The notes under the pieces: generated by a model
Seen by the model: only the letters and a program-made list of their open reading frames with translations
Told to the model about the DNA's origin: nothing
Database searches by the model: none
In this document: positions 36,837 to 46,252 of the stretch, one piece after another
How positions within the stretch are numbered: position 1 is the stretch's first letter
How the letters are laid out: each line of letters begins with the position of its first letter
Translations under genes and position numbers: made by a program
Origin: a virus
Taxonomy: Duplodnaviria > Caudoviricetes
Virus record (IMG/VR): IMGVR_UViG_3300008267_005425
Span: 1 to 56,497 of that record
Strand: one strand, 5' to 3'
DNA: 56,497 nucleotides

Positions 36837-38207
36837 TTACTTTGCTAAATTCTGTAATTCTGAAAATTTATTTGCAAGAGCTTTTCTTACAACCTCAGAA
36901 TCATTTTGCATCATGGCCTTTGCTTCTTTACCTAGAACTGTAGTCTCAGCAAAGATTTCAATTCTTGAAGCCGACATATTCATTCGACTTGGGAAGGTTA
37001 AACCATCCGGACCGAATCGATTCTTGATAACGTGCCATCTTCCAGTACCACTAATCTTATCGGCAACCTTTCGTGATAAGGATACAACAAAGTCGGCTAC
37101 CATCACCTTAGAGTAAGACTCTGCAATCTTATCTGCTTCAATGATATCTTCCTCTAGTGCTGATCGGTTTGCTTGTGATGCTGTGTAGATTGGAATTTGA
37201 TATGTACCAGCCATACCTCGCAAGTCTTCATAAATGTTACCCAGCATGATATCGTTTCGTACAGCTCCCTTTGAGCTTGTATCTCTTAACAAGTCGGCGT
37301 AGTCTACTAACACTAGATCAGGTTGGAAGCCTTGCATGATGCATTTGTCAAGGTGTGCTGATAGCATTGTCACTGTAGCTGTCTTTGTTGGATAGTACTT
37401 TATGATCAACCTTCCTTTGAGTTTGTTTAGTTTCTCAACAACCTCTTCCTGGTGAAACTTTAGGTCTTGTGATGGAATCCCGGTATAGTGTGAATCAAAG
37501 CGTGCACCTACGTAGGTTTCGGAAAGCTCTAAAGTATAGTAGATGACGTTAAGCCCACTCTTGACAGCAGCTGCTGCTATGTTTACTAATGCCATTGACT
37601 TACCAATACCAGCTGGTGCTACGAATACTCCCATCTCGCCACTACCCAAACCACCATCCATGATCTCATTGATTACGTCCCATGGTGTTGGGATTGTATT
37701 TCTTTTATTCTCAACAAACCTTGCACCAATGTCATCTAGGTATTCGTGACCTATGTTTCGATCCGTTCCTGCTTTCATAGCTTCATCGATAGCCGTTTTG
37801 ATATCATCATACTTTCCGGACTGAAGCAGTTGAACTGACTGCAGTATAGCTTCTTTGATCTTTTGATTTTTACAGAACTCCAATGTCCGATCTTTGATAA
37901 AATCAAGATCAGTCGAGTCTGCATATCGGACTACCTCTTTTAGGTTTTCTACAATAGCTACCTTAAGCATAGGTTCCTTCTCTTCGTCCACGTGAATCTT
38001 TAACGCTTCAAGTGTTGGTGGGGACTTATACTTATCAAAGTACTCCATAAGAGTCTGAGCTATCCATTGAGATGAGTCTGACGAAAAATACTTTGGATCT
38101 ATGATATCGTGTATCTGTTGAAGAAACACCCTATCCTTAATCAAAAGTGTCAGTACCTTGTTCTGAAATGCTGTTCCGTAAAATTGTAATGTATCTTGTT
38201 CTTGCAT
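36837..38207 (-). CDS. dnaB: Replicative DnaB/gp41-like helicase
   Basis: Walker A APAGIGKS, YTLEL, VDYADL, TASQANR, KNRFG. Confidence 0.95.
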   Translation of the reverse strand: MQEQDTLQFYGTAFQNKVLTLLIKDRVFLQQIHDIIDPKYFSSDSSQWIAQTLMEYFDKYKSPPTLEALKIHVDEEKEPMLKVAIVENLKEVVRYADSTDLDFIKDRTLEFCKNQKIKEAILQSVQLLQSGKYDDIKTAIDEAMKAGTDRNIGHEYLDDIGARFVENKRNTIPTPWDVINEIMDGGLGSGEMGVFVAPAGIGKSMALVNIAAAAVKSGLNVIYYTLELSETYVGARFDSHYTGIPSQDLKFHQEEVVEKLNKLKGRLIIKYYPTKTATVTMLSAHLDKCIMQGFQPDLVLVDYADLLRDTSSKGAVRNDIMLGNIYEDLRGMAGTYQIPIYTASQANRSALEEDIIEADKIAESYSKVMVADFVVSLSRKVADKISGTGRWHVIKNRFGPDGLTFPSRMNMSASRIEIFAETTVLGKEAKAMMQNDSEVVRKALANKFSELQNLAK

Positions 38208-38214
38208 ATGACTA

Positions 38215-38243
38215 ACTATACTAATTTCATTTTAATCTAGCAA
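38215..38243 (-). promoter_or_regulatory. Promoter TTGCTA-N17-TATAGT
   Basis: Repeated architecture; upstream of the helicase. Confidence 0.65.
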
Positions 38244-39284
38244 GGTATATTGATCTAACTTTTGAGTAACCTCTCTTATCCACACTTCGATGTTTCTAAT
38301 TGCATTTGTCATTCCATCTTCAAAAATCATTTGATGAAACTTTATCTTTGCTAATTTTGGGACTGAAGATTCTACTGTGGTTATTACTCTGAGTCTAGTG
38401 CTCGTTGGTATTCCACTCTCAGAAAGCTGCATGATCTGGTGGAATAAACGGATGTCGCTTTCTGCTTGAACTACCTTCTCATAGAGCTTCACTTTTGGGT
38501 TTTCAATAGCCAATCCCTTAGCATATTCAATAAAGTCATCAACACTGATGTAATCTGAACCGGTTAGCTTTGGAAACCTGCTTGCTATAGTTTTTGCTCC
38601 CAATCCCGATACGCCTGGAATGTTATCACTATCGTCCCCTAATAGAGCTCGATAAAGTGCGAAGTTGTATGGCATGATGTTGTAAGTCTCATAAACATCA
38701 TTTGTATAAAATAGTTGCTTTTTTGTTGGACTCCAAATATGAATACGATCATTCACTAATTGCATAAAGTCCTTATCGGAAGACATGATAAATACCTGAG
38801 AATCCTTTTCCTTGAGGTAGTCTTCTGAGATGTAGGCTATAACGTCATCAGCTTCAACTCCGTCCGAAACTACTGTAGTGAAAGGTAATACTTCAATGTA
38901 CTCAACCAACCTCATCAACTGCTCTCGCTGATTGTCTTCCTTGTCGACTGTTTCTGCTCGATTCAACCTTATCTTGAAGGTACGATTGGCCTTGTACTGA
39001 GGGTAAAGCTTTTTACGCTTTGCCGATCCATCCTTTCCATCAAACACAATGATAACTCGAGTTGGATTGATTGCTTTAATAGCATGTCCAACACTTAATA
39101 GAAATCCTGAGATTCCGCCCACATGCTCACCGTTGATGTTTGTAGTAGGACTTGCAGCATAAGCTCTAATGAAAGTGTTGAGGCCGTCAACAATCAACAC
39201 TCGAGAATTCTTTGTGTCTCGTTGATCAGCCCCTTCACCCCTAAGTTTTACTTCATTAAAGTATGCGAGATACTTTTTGTTCAT
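38232..39284 (-). CDS. 5'-3' exonuclease / flap endonuclease (T4 RNase H-like)
   Basis: VDGLN, VFDG, YPQYKANR, EADDVI, SSDKDFMQL, GDDSDNIPGV.GLG.KT. Confidence 0.95.
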   Translation of the reverse strand: MNKKYLAYFNEVKLRGEGADQRDTKNSRVLIVDGLNTFIRAYAASPTTNINGEHVGGISGFLLSVGHAIKAINPTRVIIVFDGKDGSAKRKKLYPQYKANRTFKIRLNRAETVDKEDNQREQLMRLVEYIEVLPFTTVVSDGVEADDVIAYISEDYLKEKDSQVFIMSSDKDFMQLVNDRIHIWSPTKKQLFYTNDVYETYNIMPYNFALYRALLGDDSDNIPGVSGLGAKTIASRFPKLTGSDYISVDDFIEYAKGLAIENPKVKLYEKVVQAESDIRLFHQIMQLSESGIPTSTRLRVITTVESSVPKLAKIKFHQMIFEDGMTNAIRNIEVWIREVTQKLDQYTLLD

Positions 39285-39288
39285 AACT

Positions 39289-40434
39289 TTAGTCTTCTAA
39301 TTCTCCTTCATCTACTGAGATTTCATCCGGATCAATTAAGTTTTGATCACGATACTTCATCACATAGATGTCACAGATTTTTTTGTAACAGTATTCTTTT
39401 AACTCTGGATCTTCTTCCAGCATAGCTCTCCACTCCTTAGATTGGAATCGAACTTCCTCACCAGTCTCTTCGTTTACTAACGTATACCAAGCACCTGATG
39501 CTTTAATTGTTCCGTAATCCTTCATAAGAGTCAACCAGCTATTGTAGTCGTCAATTCCTGAGTTAAAGTAAATATCAAACGTGGCTTTCTTGAATGGAGG
39601 ACCCATACGATTCTTAATGATCTGAGCTTCTGTTTGAACTCCAATAATCTGCTCAGTCTTACCTGATCCGCTCTTCAACTTACCTACTCCTTTCAAACGA
39701 ATACGACAGCTTGCATGGAAACCTAAAGCCTTACCACCTGATGTTGTGTACTTGTCTCCAAACATTACTCCCATCTTTTCACGTAGCTGAGATGTACACA
39801 AAAGCAACACCCTCTGCTTACCGATAATGTTTGTAATCTTACGCATTGCTTTAGACATTAGGATAGCTTTTGTAGTTGCCCAACCATCCTTCTCGTAGTC
39901 TGCATCTTGCTCTACTTTTGTAGTAGCTGCTGATACTGAGTCTAGTGCAATTGTTACTAACCGATCCTTTGAACTTTTACGTACTGTTTCGATAATGTTT
40001 TCGATTGCATCAAATGAATCTTCGATTGTCTCTAGCGGAACGTATAACATATTACTAACATCAACCCCTACAGCTCTAAGAAACTCCTCACTTAATGCAT
40101 TCTCTGTATCGATATACACAGCAAGTCCTCCCTTCTTCTGCGTGTTGGCTAGTGTATGTGCTACAATTAAACTCTTACCAGATGCTTCCATCCCTTGCAG
40201 TTCAACAATTCGACCTACTGGGAATCCTCCGTTCGGTCGATTTGATATTGCTAGGTCTAGCAGAGAAGATCCGGTTGAAATCCATTCTGTCAAGTCTGTT
40301 GGAGCTTCTTCGTCGCCATTTAAGAAATGAGCAGCTTTGAAGTCTTTGAACTTTTTGTTTAGGCTGTCTGCTAATACTGAAGCGAGTTCATCCCTTCCCG
40401 ATATTTCATCGGGCGTAACCTTCTGCTTTGCCAT
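39289..40434 (-). CDS. recA: RecA/UvsX recombinase
   Basis: ISTGS..LD, GRIVEL.G.EASGKS, YIDTENA, LDSV, SQLR, GGKAL.FHAS.R, KNR. Confidence 0.96.
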   Translation of the reverse strand: MAKQKVTPDEISGRDELASVLADSLNKKFKDFKAAHFLNGDEEAPTDLTEWISTGSSLLDLAISNRPNGGFPVGRIVELQGMEASGKSLIVAHTLANTQKKGGLAVYIDTENALSEEFLRAVGVDVSNMLYVPLETIEDSFDAIENIIETVRKSSKDRLVTIALDSVSAATTKVEQDADYEKDGWATTKAILMSKAMRKITNIIGKQRVLLLCTSQLREKMGVMFGDKYTTSGGKALGFHASCRIRLKGVGKLKSGSGKTEQIIGVQTEAQIIKNRMGPPFKKATFDIYFNSGIDDYNSWLTLMKDYGTIKASGAWYTLVNEETGEEVRFQSKEWRAMLEEDPELKEYCYKKICDIYVMKYRDQNLIDPDEISVDEGELED

Positions 40435-40439
40435 GTGGT

Positions 40440-41216
40440 TTATGAATTAAATAATGAATCGAATGCTGATGAAATGTCGTCAGTATTGGTTGCTGTAGTT
40501 GCTCCGGTGATCGGTGCAATTGCTGGCTTCGTACCTTGTGCGTCTGCTCCTGCTTCTGGATCTAACCATTTCTGCAACACCTCAGTCATTTCTTCATAAG
40601 TCGGCTCTGTGAACAACTCTGTGATTTGTTTTTGATTACCAACAATCATCTCTGCAATCTCCTTATCAGTTGTTGCTGGAGTTGTGTTAGGTTTCACTCT
40701 TACTGTGAAAGACGGAAAAGCACCTTCTTTCTCTGCAGCAATATGCTCCACAGTAACATCGCGACCATTCATTAAATCAGTGATGTCACCATAATCTGGA
40801 TCTGCAATCACACTTAAAAGTTCTGTGTAGATCTGCTTACCGAAAGCCCAAAACTTAACACCTTCATGCTCTGCACCGCGTACAATAACTGGAGCGTAAA
40901 CTCGGAACTTTGGTTCGATTTTCTTTCCTAGTTTCCAATCATCTTTGTCTCCTGACTTTTTAAGCTTCTCAGCAAACTCTACTACTGGATCAGGACGTCC
41001 GAAAGATACCGGAGATACCATTGTACGTTTTCCAATCTCGTAGTGGAAGTACATTTCTAAGAATGGATTGTTTTTGTCGAATGCGTAGGGTACGATACGT
41101 ACTTGTGATTTTCCTACTGGTGGTTTCCAAATGAAGTCGCTTGACTTGTTACCACCTCCCGTTGATTGTTGCATTGCTTGCAACTTTGCTTTAATCGCGT
41201 CTAAATTAATCGCCAT
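40440..41216 (-). CDS. gp32-like single-stranded DNA-binding protein
   Basis: WKP..G...VRIVP, G.K.WAFGK, DYGDITD...GRD; acidic/aromatic tail DDISSAFDSLF. Confidence 0.88.
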   Translation of the reverse strand: MAINLDAIKAKLQAMQQSTGGGNKSSDFIWKPPVGKSQVRIVPYAFDKNNPFLEMYFHYEIGKRTMVSPVSFGRPDPVVEFAEKLKKSGDKDDWKLGKKIEPKFRVYAPVIVRGAEHEGVKFWAFGKQIYTELLSVIADPDYGDITDLMNGRDVTVEHIAAEKEGAFPSFTVRVKPNTTPATTDKEIAEMIVGNQKQITELFTEPTYEEMTEVLQKWLDPEAGADAQGTKPAIAPITGATTATNTDDISSAFDSLFNS

Positions 41217-41288
41217 CTTTGCTCTTTTTTAAGTTAAACATTAAATACTGGCCCTATGTGGATTACATCCTTGACTGGCCTTACTCTT

Positions 41289-41317
41289 ACTATACTACTT
41301 TTTTCTTCTGTTGGCAA
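41289..41317 (-). promoter_or_regulatory. Promoter TTGCCA-N17-TATAGT upstream of SSB-recA
   Basis: Repeated architecture. Confidence 0.68.
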
Positions 41318-41320
41318 CGC

Positions 41321-41701
41321 TTATCGCGATAGCTCTTGTATTTTTATCAATCTGCAATTGTAATCTGAATCCGATAACAAAAGTGTGTCTTGATATTTGG
41401 TCCAATCAACTCTAAACGTCTTATCTAGTACTCCGTTGTTGAGTGATTGTATTAAACTGTTCAAAGCATTAATGCTATAAAACGTATTTGATTCTTTTTT
41501 TCTATTGATAGAGATTGTATCTTTCATTCTCCTTCCGTCACCAGCTACATTGTAAATGCACACAACGTTGTTGGGTGTTTCTACGTAAGAGTAGCATTTC
41601 ATATTCGTAACATTGTCTGTTGTATAGGTTTTGTAAACTTCACCTATACATAAAGCTAATCTATCTAAATATGTGAATGTGCATAGTAACTGTGGCTTCA
41701 T
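41321..41701 (-). CDS. Phage hypothetical protein
   Basis: QLLCTF, RKKESNTFYSINALN, NNGVLD; lies between the second PolA and SSB. Confidence 0.78.
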   Translation of the reverse strand: MKPQLLCTFTYLDRLALCIGEVYKTYTTDNVTNMKCYSYVETPNNVVCIYNVAGDGRRMKDTISINRKKESNTFYSINALNSLIQSLNNGVLDKTFRVDWTKYQDTLLLSDSDYNCRLIKIQELSR

Positions 41702-41702
41702 T

Positions 41703-41939
41703 CTACTTCTTCTCTATCGCATCAATCTGCTGCTTTAATTTTCCAATCTCACCATCCATCTTAGCAGCTTGCTTTTCTTTATCTGCCTTTTGCTGTTTTA
41801 GTGCTGATACTTTTTGATCATCTTGAGCACTAGCTGTAGATTCAAGCTCTTTTAGAGCCTTCTTACGTTTGAACTTAACTTTGTTCTCTCGCAAATAAGC
41901 TTCAATCTCAGTTCTAATAAATTGTTTTATAGATCCCAT
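41703..41939 (-). CDS. Small coiled-coil protein
   Basis: ORF preceded by TATTTATA (41957-41964). Confidence 0.7.
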   Translation of the reverse strand: MGSIKQFIRTEIEAYLRENKVKFKRKKALKELESTASAQDDQKVSALKQQKADKEKQAAKMDGEIGKLKQQIDAIEKK

Positions 41940-41973
41940 TGCGCGGATTAATTTAATATAAATAGTCCTCGGA

Positions 41974-43293
41974 TTAACAAAGTTTCATTTCTGAATATGT
42001 TATTCCCTTCTTAATCTTGACAGGAAACTTATTCAGATCAATACTTTGAGGTATTACTTCCTTTAATAAATAGTCAAGCTCTTCGCTTGGCACGTCAAAA
42101 AGAATACTATCGTAGGTATAGAGTACTGCAACTGTTTTGTGGTTTTGTAGTTGATCTTGGATTGGTTTCAGAGTCAATACATTGAACTCTGTCTCATACA
42201 TCTGCAAAAAGTAGTTGAATAGTGTGTATAAGGTAATGTCCTGATAATTGGCTAATATCAGCTTTCTACCTGATACCGGACTCTCAATGTATCCATGATC
42301 TTGAGCGAAGTACCACAAACGCTCAGCTAACTCTTTTGCTGCTTTGAAAAACGGTACGTGCAAATACTGCTTACTAATTCCTCCATAAATCTGTCTGAAT
42401 GTAGATTCTTTTGCTTGTAGTATTTGTGGTTTTGTTGGTGTCTGAGTATCGTGATAATGTTTAGCCAAATGCTCATACACATCCTCAGAACCAAAGTCAT
42501 ACCCAGTGAGTGATGCGATTAACCTTGGATGGTATGAATTAAAGTCTAGCTCAACTAAGCTTCCATTCTCAAACCTACTAACAAAGCAATCTCGAGACCC
42601 ATCATCCTTATTCAAAGCTGCGAAGTTTATTCCTCCAAACCTATTACTAGGACGTCCGGTGGTTGTGTAATAGTTATACTGGGTATAGCTTTTATCCTCA
42701 TTTACAGAAAAGGATTGACCAAACGCCTCAGTAAACTTTGTAGGATTGATTTGGATACCATTCTTCTCTATGTCATAAAATGCACTCAGTAATTGGTTTT
42801 GATAGAAGTCCAGACCCGGTTGCTTCTCTGCTACATATATTCGTTCAAATAAATCGTAAGCAATATCTTCATGCTTTGGTAAGCTGACAAGTGAACCTAA
42901 TACATTACAATCTGCAATATAGCGGGCGTAGTGGTTCAAAATGCTGGGAGTCTCGAAATTACAAGGTTGATTAAGCTTTAGGTAGTATTGAAGCTGTGCG
43001 TCAATAAAACCTCTTGTATCATAACCTGCATATTTGAATAGAATTGTATCATAACTATACACATTGCAGTTATAGAGAAAGTTGAAGTCGTCAATTCGAA
43101 ATATCCCATCCGGATGAGTCTTACTGACCGAATAAGTTTGTTTAGTTTGAACGTCGATCATAACCAGTGCTACGACGTCACTTACCACTCTATGTCTACG
43201 ACTATCTTGCAATACCGGATATACGAACAAAGTTCTTCCAGATAAGCTTTCGAGTTGATGCACGCTGTCTATGATCATGCATCTAATATACAA
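41974..43293 (-). CDS. Second, minimal family A polymerase-like protein (no thumb, degenerate exonuclease)
   Basis: IEKNGI, TTTGRPSN, motif A LDFNSYHPRL, motif B AKESTFRQIYGG, NYFLQ, motif C YTYDSILFD. Confidence 0.85.
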   Translation of the reverse strand: MYIRCMIIDSVHQLESLSGRTLFVYPVLQDSRRHRVVSDVVALVMIDVQTKQTYSVSKTHPDGIFRIDDFNFLYNCNVYSYDTILFKYAGYDTRGFIDAQLQYYLKLNQPCNFETPSILNHYARYIADCNVLGSLVSLPKHEDIAYDLFERIYVAEKQPGLDFYQNQLLSAFYDIEKNGIQINPTKFTEAFGQSFSVNEDKSYTQYNYYTTTGRPSNRFGGINFAALNKDDGSRDCFVSRFENGSLVELDFNSYHPRLIASLTGYDFGSEDVYEHLAKHYHDTQTPTKPQILQAKESTFRQIYGGISKQYLHVPFFKAAKELAERLWYFAQDHGYIESPVSGRKLILANYQDITLYTLFNYFLQMYETEFNVLTLKPIQDQLQNHKTVAVLYTYDSILFDVPSEELDYLLKEVIPQSIDLNKFPVKIKKGITYSEMKLC

Positions 43294-43306
43294 ATTTATT
43301 TAGATT

Positions 43307-43984
43307 TTAGAGCCTATTGAATCCAGTAAATCGTCCAAACTCAGTATAACTTTTTACAGCAAATAATATACTGGGTATCTGTCTTTGTGCCTTGAATAAG
43401 GTTAGTTCGTTTTGTCTAGCGATGTAATCGTAAGGTCCTACCAACTTCCATATTATTTTGGCAGACGAATATATCATTGGGTCAATCCCCCGATAAGAAC
43501 CAATCATCTCCCACTGACTGTTATCAATCTCGATTGCATAACTCTCATTGCTGTTTCGTTTTTGTACAAAAAATCTAGCATCTTCCCCCACATCGTAAGC
43601 TGATTCCTTTGGTCGATAGACGTGTAGCTTTGGTTCAAGGTAATCTAGCTCTTTTATCTCAAACCGCTTTATTGCCTCGTAATCATACTGACTCCTATTA
43701 GGATAAACTCTTCGAAGTCTTTTGTTCGTGTTGTAGTATTCTTCTGAGATTATTCTGTTAGATATTATTGCTGGATCTCCTATTGTATTTACATTATCTT
43801 GAGGCTTTACTGGTTCTGGACCAGTCCATGCGATACCCTCTTTTATGTGATATTCACCAATGTAATCCTTACCGTCTAAAGTAAACTCACCACCTTTTGT
43901 GTACTTATGAGTTTCTACCCTACTTCGTGGCGAATAACCACTTATACTACCGCTACGATTTTTCTTTTTAGATCTTCTAGCCAT
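43307..43984 (-). CDS. Hypothetical protein (end of the baseplate operon)
   Basis: ORF containing YTKGGEF...YIGEYH, RFFVQK. Confidence 0.75.
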   Translation of the reverse strand: MARRSKKKNRSGSISGYSPRSRVETHKYTKGGEFTLDGKDYIGEYHIKEGIAWTGPEPVKPQDNVNTIGDPAIISNRIISEEYYNTNKRLRRVYPNRSQYDYEAIKRFEIKELDYLEPKLHVYRPKESAYDVGEDARFFVQKRNSNESYAIEIDNSQWEMIGSYRGIDPMIYSSAKIIWKLVGPYDYIARQNELTLFKAQRQIPSILFAVKSYTEFGRFTGFNRL

Positions 43985-43998
43985 TACTTTAGTGTATC

Positions 43999-45939
43999 TT
44001 ATGCTCCTTTATATCTTGCTACAGTGCTTACTGTAGTTGTCCAGTCCTGCACTGTAACATTATGTTCTACAGATGTGATTTGAAAATCAAAAGCATTTTT
44101 TACAGCTGCTGGGATTCTGGTCGATGTGATTAGCTGTCCAAAAGCAAATCCACCAACTCCATCAACTGTGAATCCAAAGTCAAAAGGTAGTGGCATTCCT
44201 TTACACTTTTCCTTAGCATCATCATCTTTGTTCACCTTCTCTGTTACTGCTGCAATTGCTGCTTGTGTTGTTGTATTATCTACACAACCGTACATCTCTT
44301 CAAAAATTTCATCAAAGCTTTTATCACCTTCTTCTACTGAGGATGGAACTTGATTGCAGTCACAAGGTGGTGGTGTTGATGCTTTTGGTCTGCACAAATC
44401 GACTACCGACTCACCGGTACCAAAAGCTCTAAAGGCTACTGTATCGCATTTTGAATTTTTTCCATTTTGCTTACTACCATTGGCGTACAATGCCTGCGAT
44501 TTCATTGCTCCGGTAAGTTTCATGTCTAATTTAAGATCTCGAATTACTGAATTATTGGCATCAGTTGGCACCGCGTAAACTCCTGCTGGAGTGTAGTTTC
44601 TTATGTCTACGATCGATACTAGAGGAACGTCAGTTGGATCCTCACAATTCTCAGTAGTAGAAACTACCTCTAAATACTCGGCAAAATAACCACCGCATAC
44701 ATTGCTTACCTTTTTGAGTACGTTTTGCAAGAAGGTGCTGATCTTATTATCACCGTCCTCAACTGCCTTTAGCTCTTGCATTAGGAATATGCAGTTAAGC
44801 ATTACAGTGTTACCAAAGTCAAACGAATTGCCACCCCAATTATCGTTAGGGGCGTTTTGTTTCCAGTTCCAATCATCTCTACCAATCGCTTGGCTTGTTC
44901 TAGGTGATCCGGCAAGAACGCATACTCGTGGATCGCCAGAGTCCAACCACCAATTAGATGGTATCTCTATGTTGTTGCTCATAACTTTTCCTATTGTATG
45001 CTTTCCTCCTTGTGTTGGAATTGCGTATGTATTTATTGCTGCCTCTAAGGTGTACCATGAAATATAACCCTCTGTGGTGTCGTAATTTGGATTGAGACTA
45101 GCTTGCTCTGAACCTCCGGCGTCGTTTCTATCTTCACCCTCATAATTACCTGCTGATACTCGCCAACCTTGATCGTGACTACCTCCTACATTATTCCCTA
45201 AGTAAACGCAATCCTCATCATTTTGAGCTTGCGTATTGATATCAAACAACCACGTGTATAGTAGGCTCCTCTTTGCTGTTACATCCTCTCCTTCCTCTGA
45301 CTTAAATACACGAGAGCATTCACAATCACCAGAAACTGACACTTTACCGTCTTGTACAGCTTCTGATGCTGCTACTAATTCAATAGTACATTCCCAATAT
45401 CCATCGTTGCTGAGCTTGTAGCTAAAGTTTGTGATTAAACCCTGCAAACCATCATATGCTGGATTACCTGCTGCTATGCTTCGCATCATACATATAGCCT
45501 TACCATCATCCATTGGACCTGTTACTGGGCTTGGAGCTACTTGTCCTGTACATGCCACGGACCATCCCCATTGCACTCTTGCGGTCATTCCCGGGATGAA
45601 ATAACACTGTTGAAGTCCTATTAATTGCTCGTCTGTAAAGGCTGTAAGGTTTATAGTGCAGGATCTTGTTGTTCCTAATTCACCCTGCTTTTTCACTTGA
45701 ACTCCGGTGAGTACTGGTTTCGTTCGGACAAAACCACCTTCATACCGTGTGCCAGATCCTATCTCTAATTTACTCGATAATCGATTGTATTGGCCGCAGC
45801 TGGAAGCATAAGAACTCAAATGAATCCACGGCATTCGTTGAGCTGCCCATACGGGTCCTTTGTTTGTTCCTCTTGCGTTGAGCTCAGCTTGTGTTCCACC
45901 TGGAACGGATTTTCCTTTGAAGGGATTTCCTCCTGCCAT
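43999..45939 (-). CDS. Putative baseplate hub protein
   Basis: Follows the LysM-like gene; PG....V.WGW, YDG..G.I.NF, GFAFGQ, FQITSVEH.V....WTT pattern. Confidence 0.65.
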   Translation of the reverse strand: MAGGNPFKGKSVPGGTQAELNARGTNKGPVWAAQRMPWIHLSSYASSCGQYNRLSSKLEIGSGTRYEGGFVRTKPVLTGVQVKKQGELGTTRSCTINLTAFTDEQLIGLQQCYFIPGMTARVQWGWSVACTGQVAPSPVTGPMDDGKAICMMRSIAAGNPAYDGLQGLITNFSYKLSNDGYWECTIELVAASEAVQDGKVSVSGDCECSRVFKSEEGEDVTAKRSLLYTWLFDINTQAQNDEDCVYLGNNVGGSHDQGWRVSAGNYEGEDRNDAGGSEQASLNPNYDTTEGYISWYTLEAAINTYAIPTQGGKHTIGKVMSNNIEIPSNWWLDSGDPRVCVLAGSPRTSQAIGRDDWNWKQNAPNDNWGGNSFDFGNTVMLNCIFLMQELKAVEDGDNKISTFLQNVLKKVSNVCGGYFAEYLEVVSTTENCEDPTDVPLVSIVDIRNYTPAGVYAVPTDANNSVIRDLKLDMKLTGAMKSQALYANGSKQNGKNSKCDTVAFRAFGTGESVVDLCRPKASTPPPCDCNQVPSSVEEGDKSFDEIFEEMYGCVDNTTTQAAIAAVTEKVNKDDDAKEKCKGMPLPFDFGFTVDGVGGFAFGQLITSTRIPAAVKNAFDFQITSVEHNVTVQDWTTTVSTVARYKGA

Positions 45940-45942
45940 AAC

Positions 45943-46239
45943 TTAGTTGTTTAATTGTTCGTACTCTTCTAAAATGTCTTGATAATCTTGTGGTACTCTT
46001 AGTAGAGTGCCAGGTTCTAGAGCAAAAGAGCCTTTACCTACTGCGTTTGCTTCAGCAATTAACCACCACATATTCACATCTCCATAAAACTGATAAGCGA
46101 TTAACTCAACTCGATCACCTATTGTGGTGCGAATGTAGATATCTGACTCCTTTCTAGGAATTGGTGGATAGATAGTTGACCTAACAACCCTCTTTCCATC
46201 TTCTGTCTTTTTTTGTGGTATCTTTTCGTATCTATTCAT
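45943..46239 (-). CDS. LysM-like baseplate wedge protein (gp53/tail X-like)
   Basis: GDRVELIAYQFYGD..MWWLIAEAN...PG..LRVP. Confidence 0.85.
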   Translation of the reverse strand: MNRYEKIPQKKTEDGKRVVRSTIYPPIPRKESDIYIRTTIGDRVELIAYQFYGDVNMWWLIAEANAVGKGSFALEPGTLLRVPQDYQDILEEYEQLNN

Positions 46240-46243
46240 ATAC

Positions 46244-46251
46244 TATAAATA
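46244..46251 (-). promoter_or_regulatory. Putative late promoter TATTTATA
   Basis: Repeated intergenic motif. Confidence 0.65.
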
Positions 46252-46252
46252 G

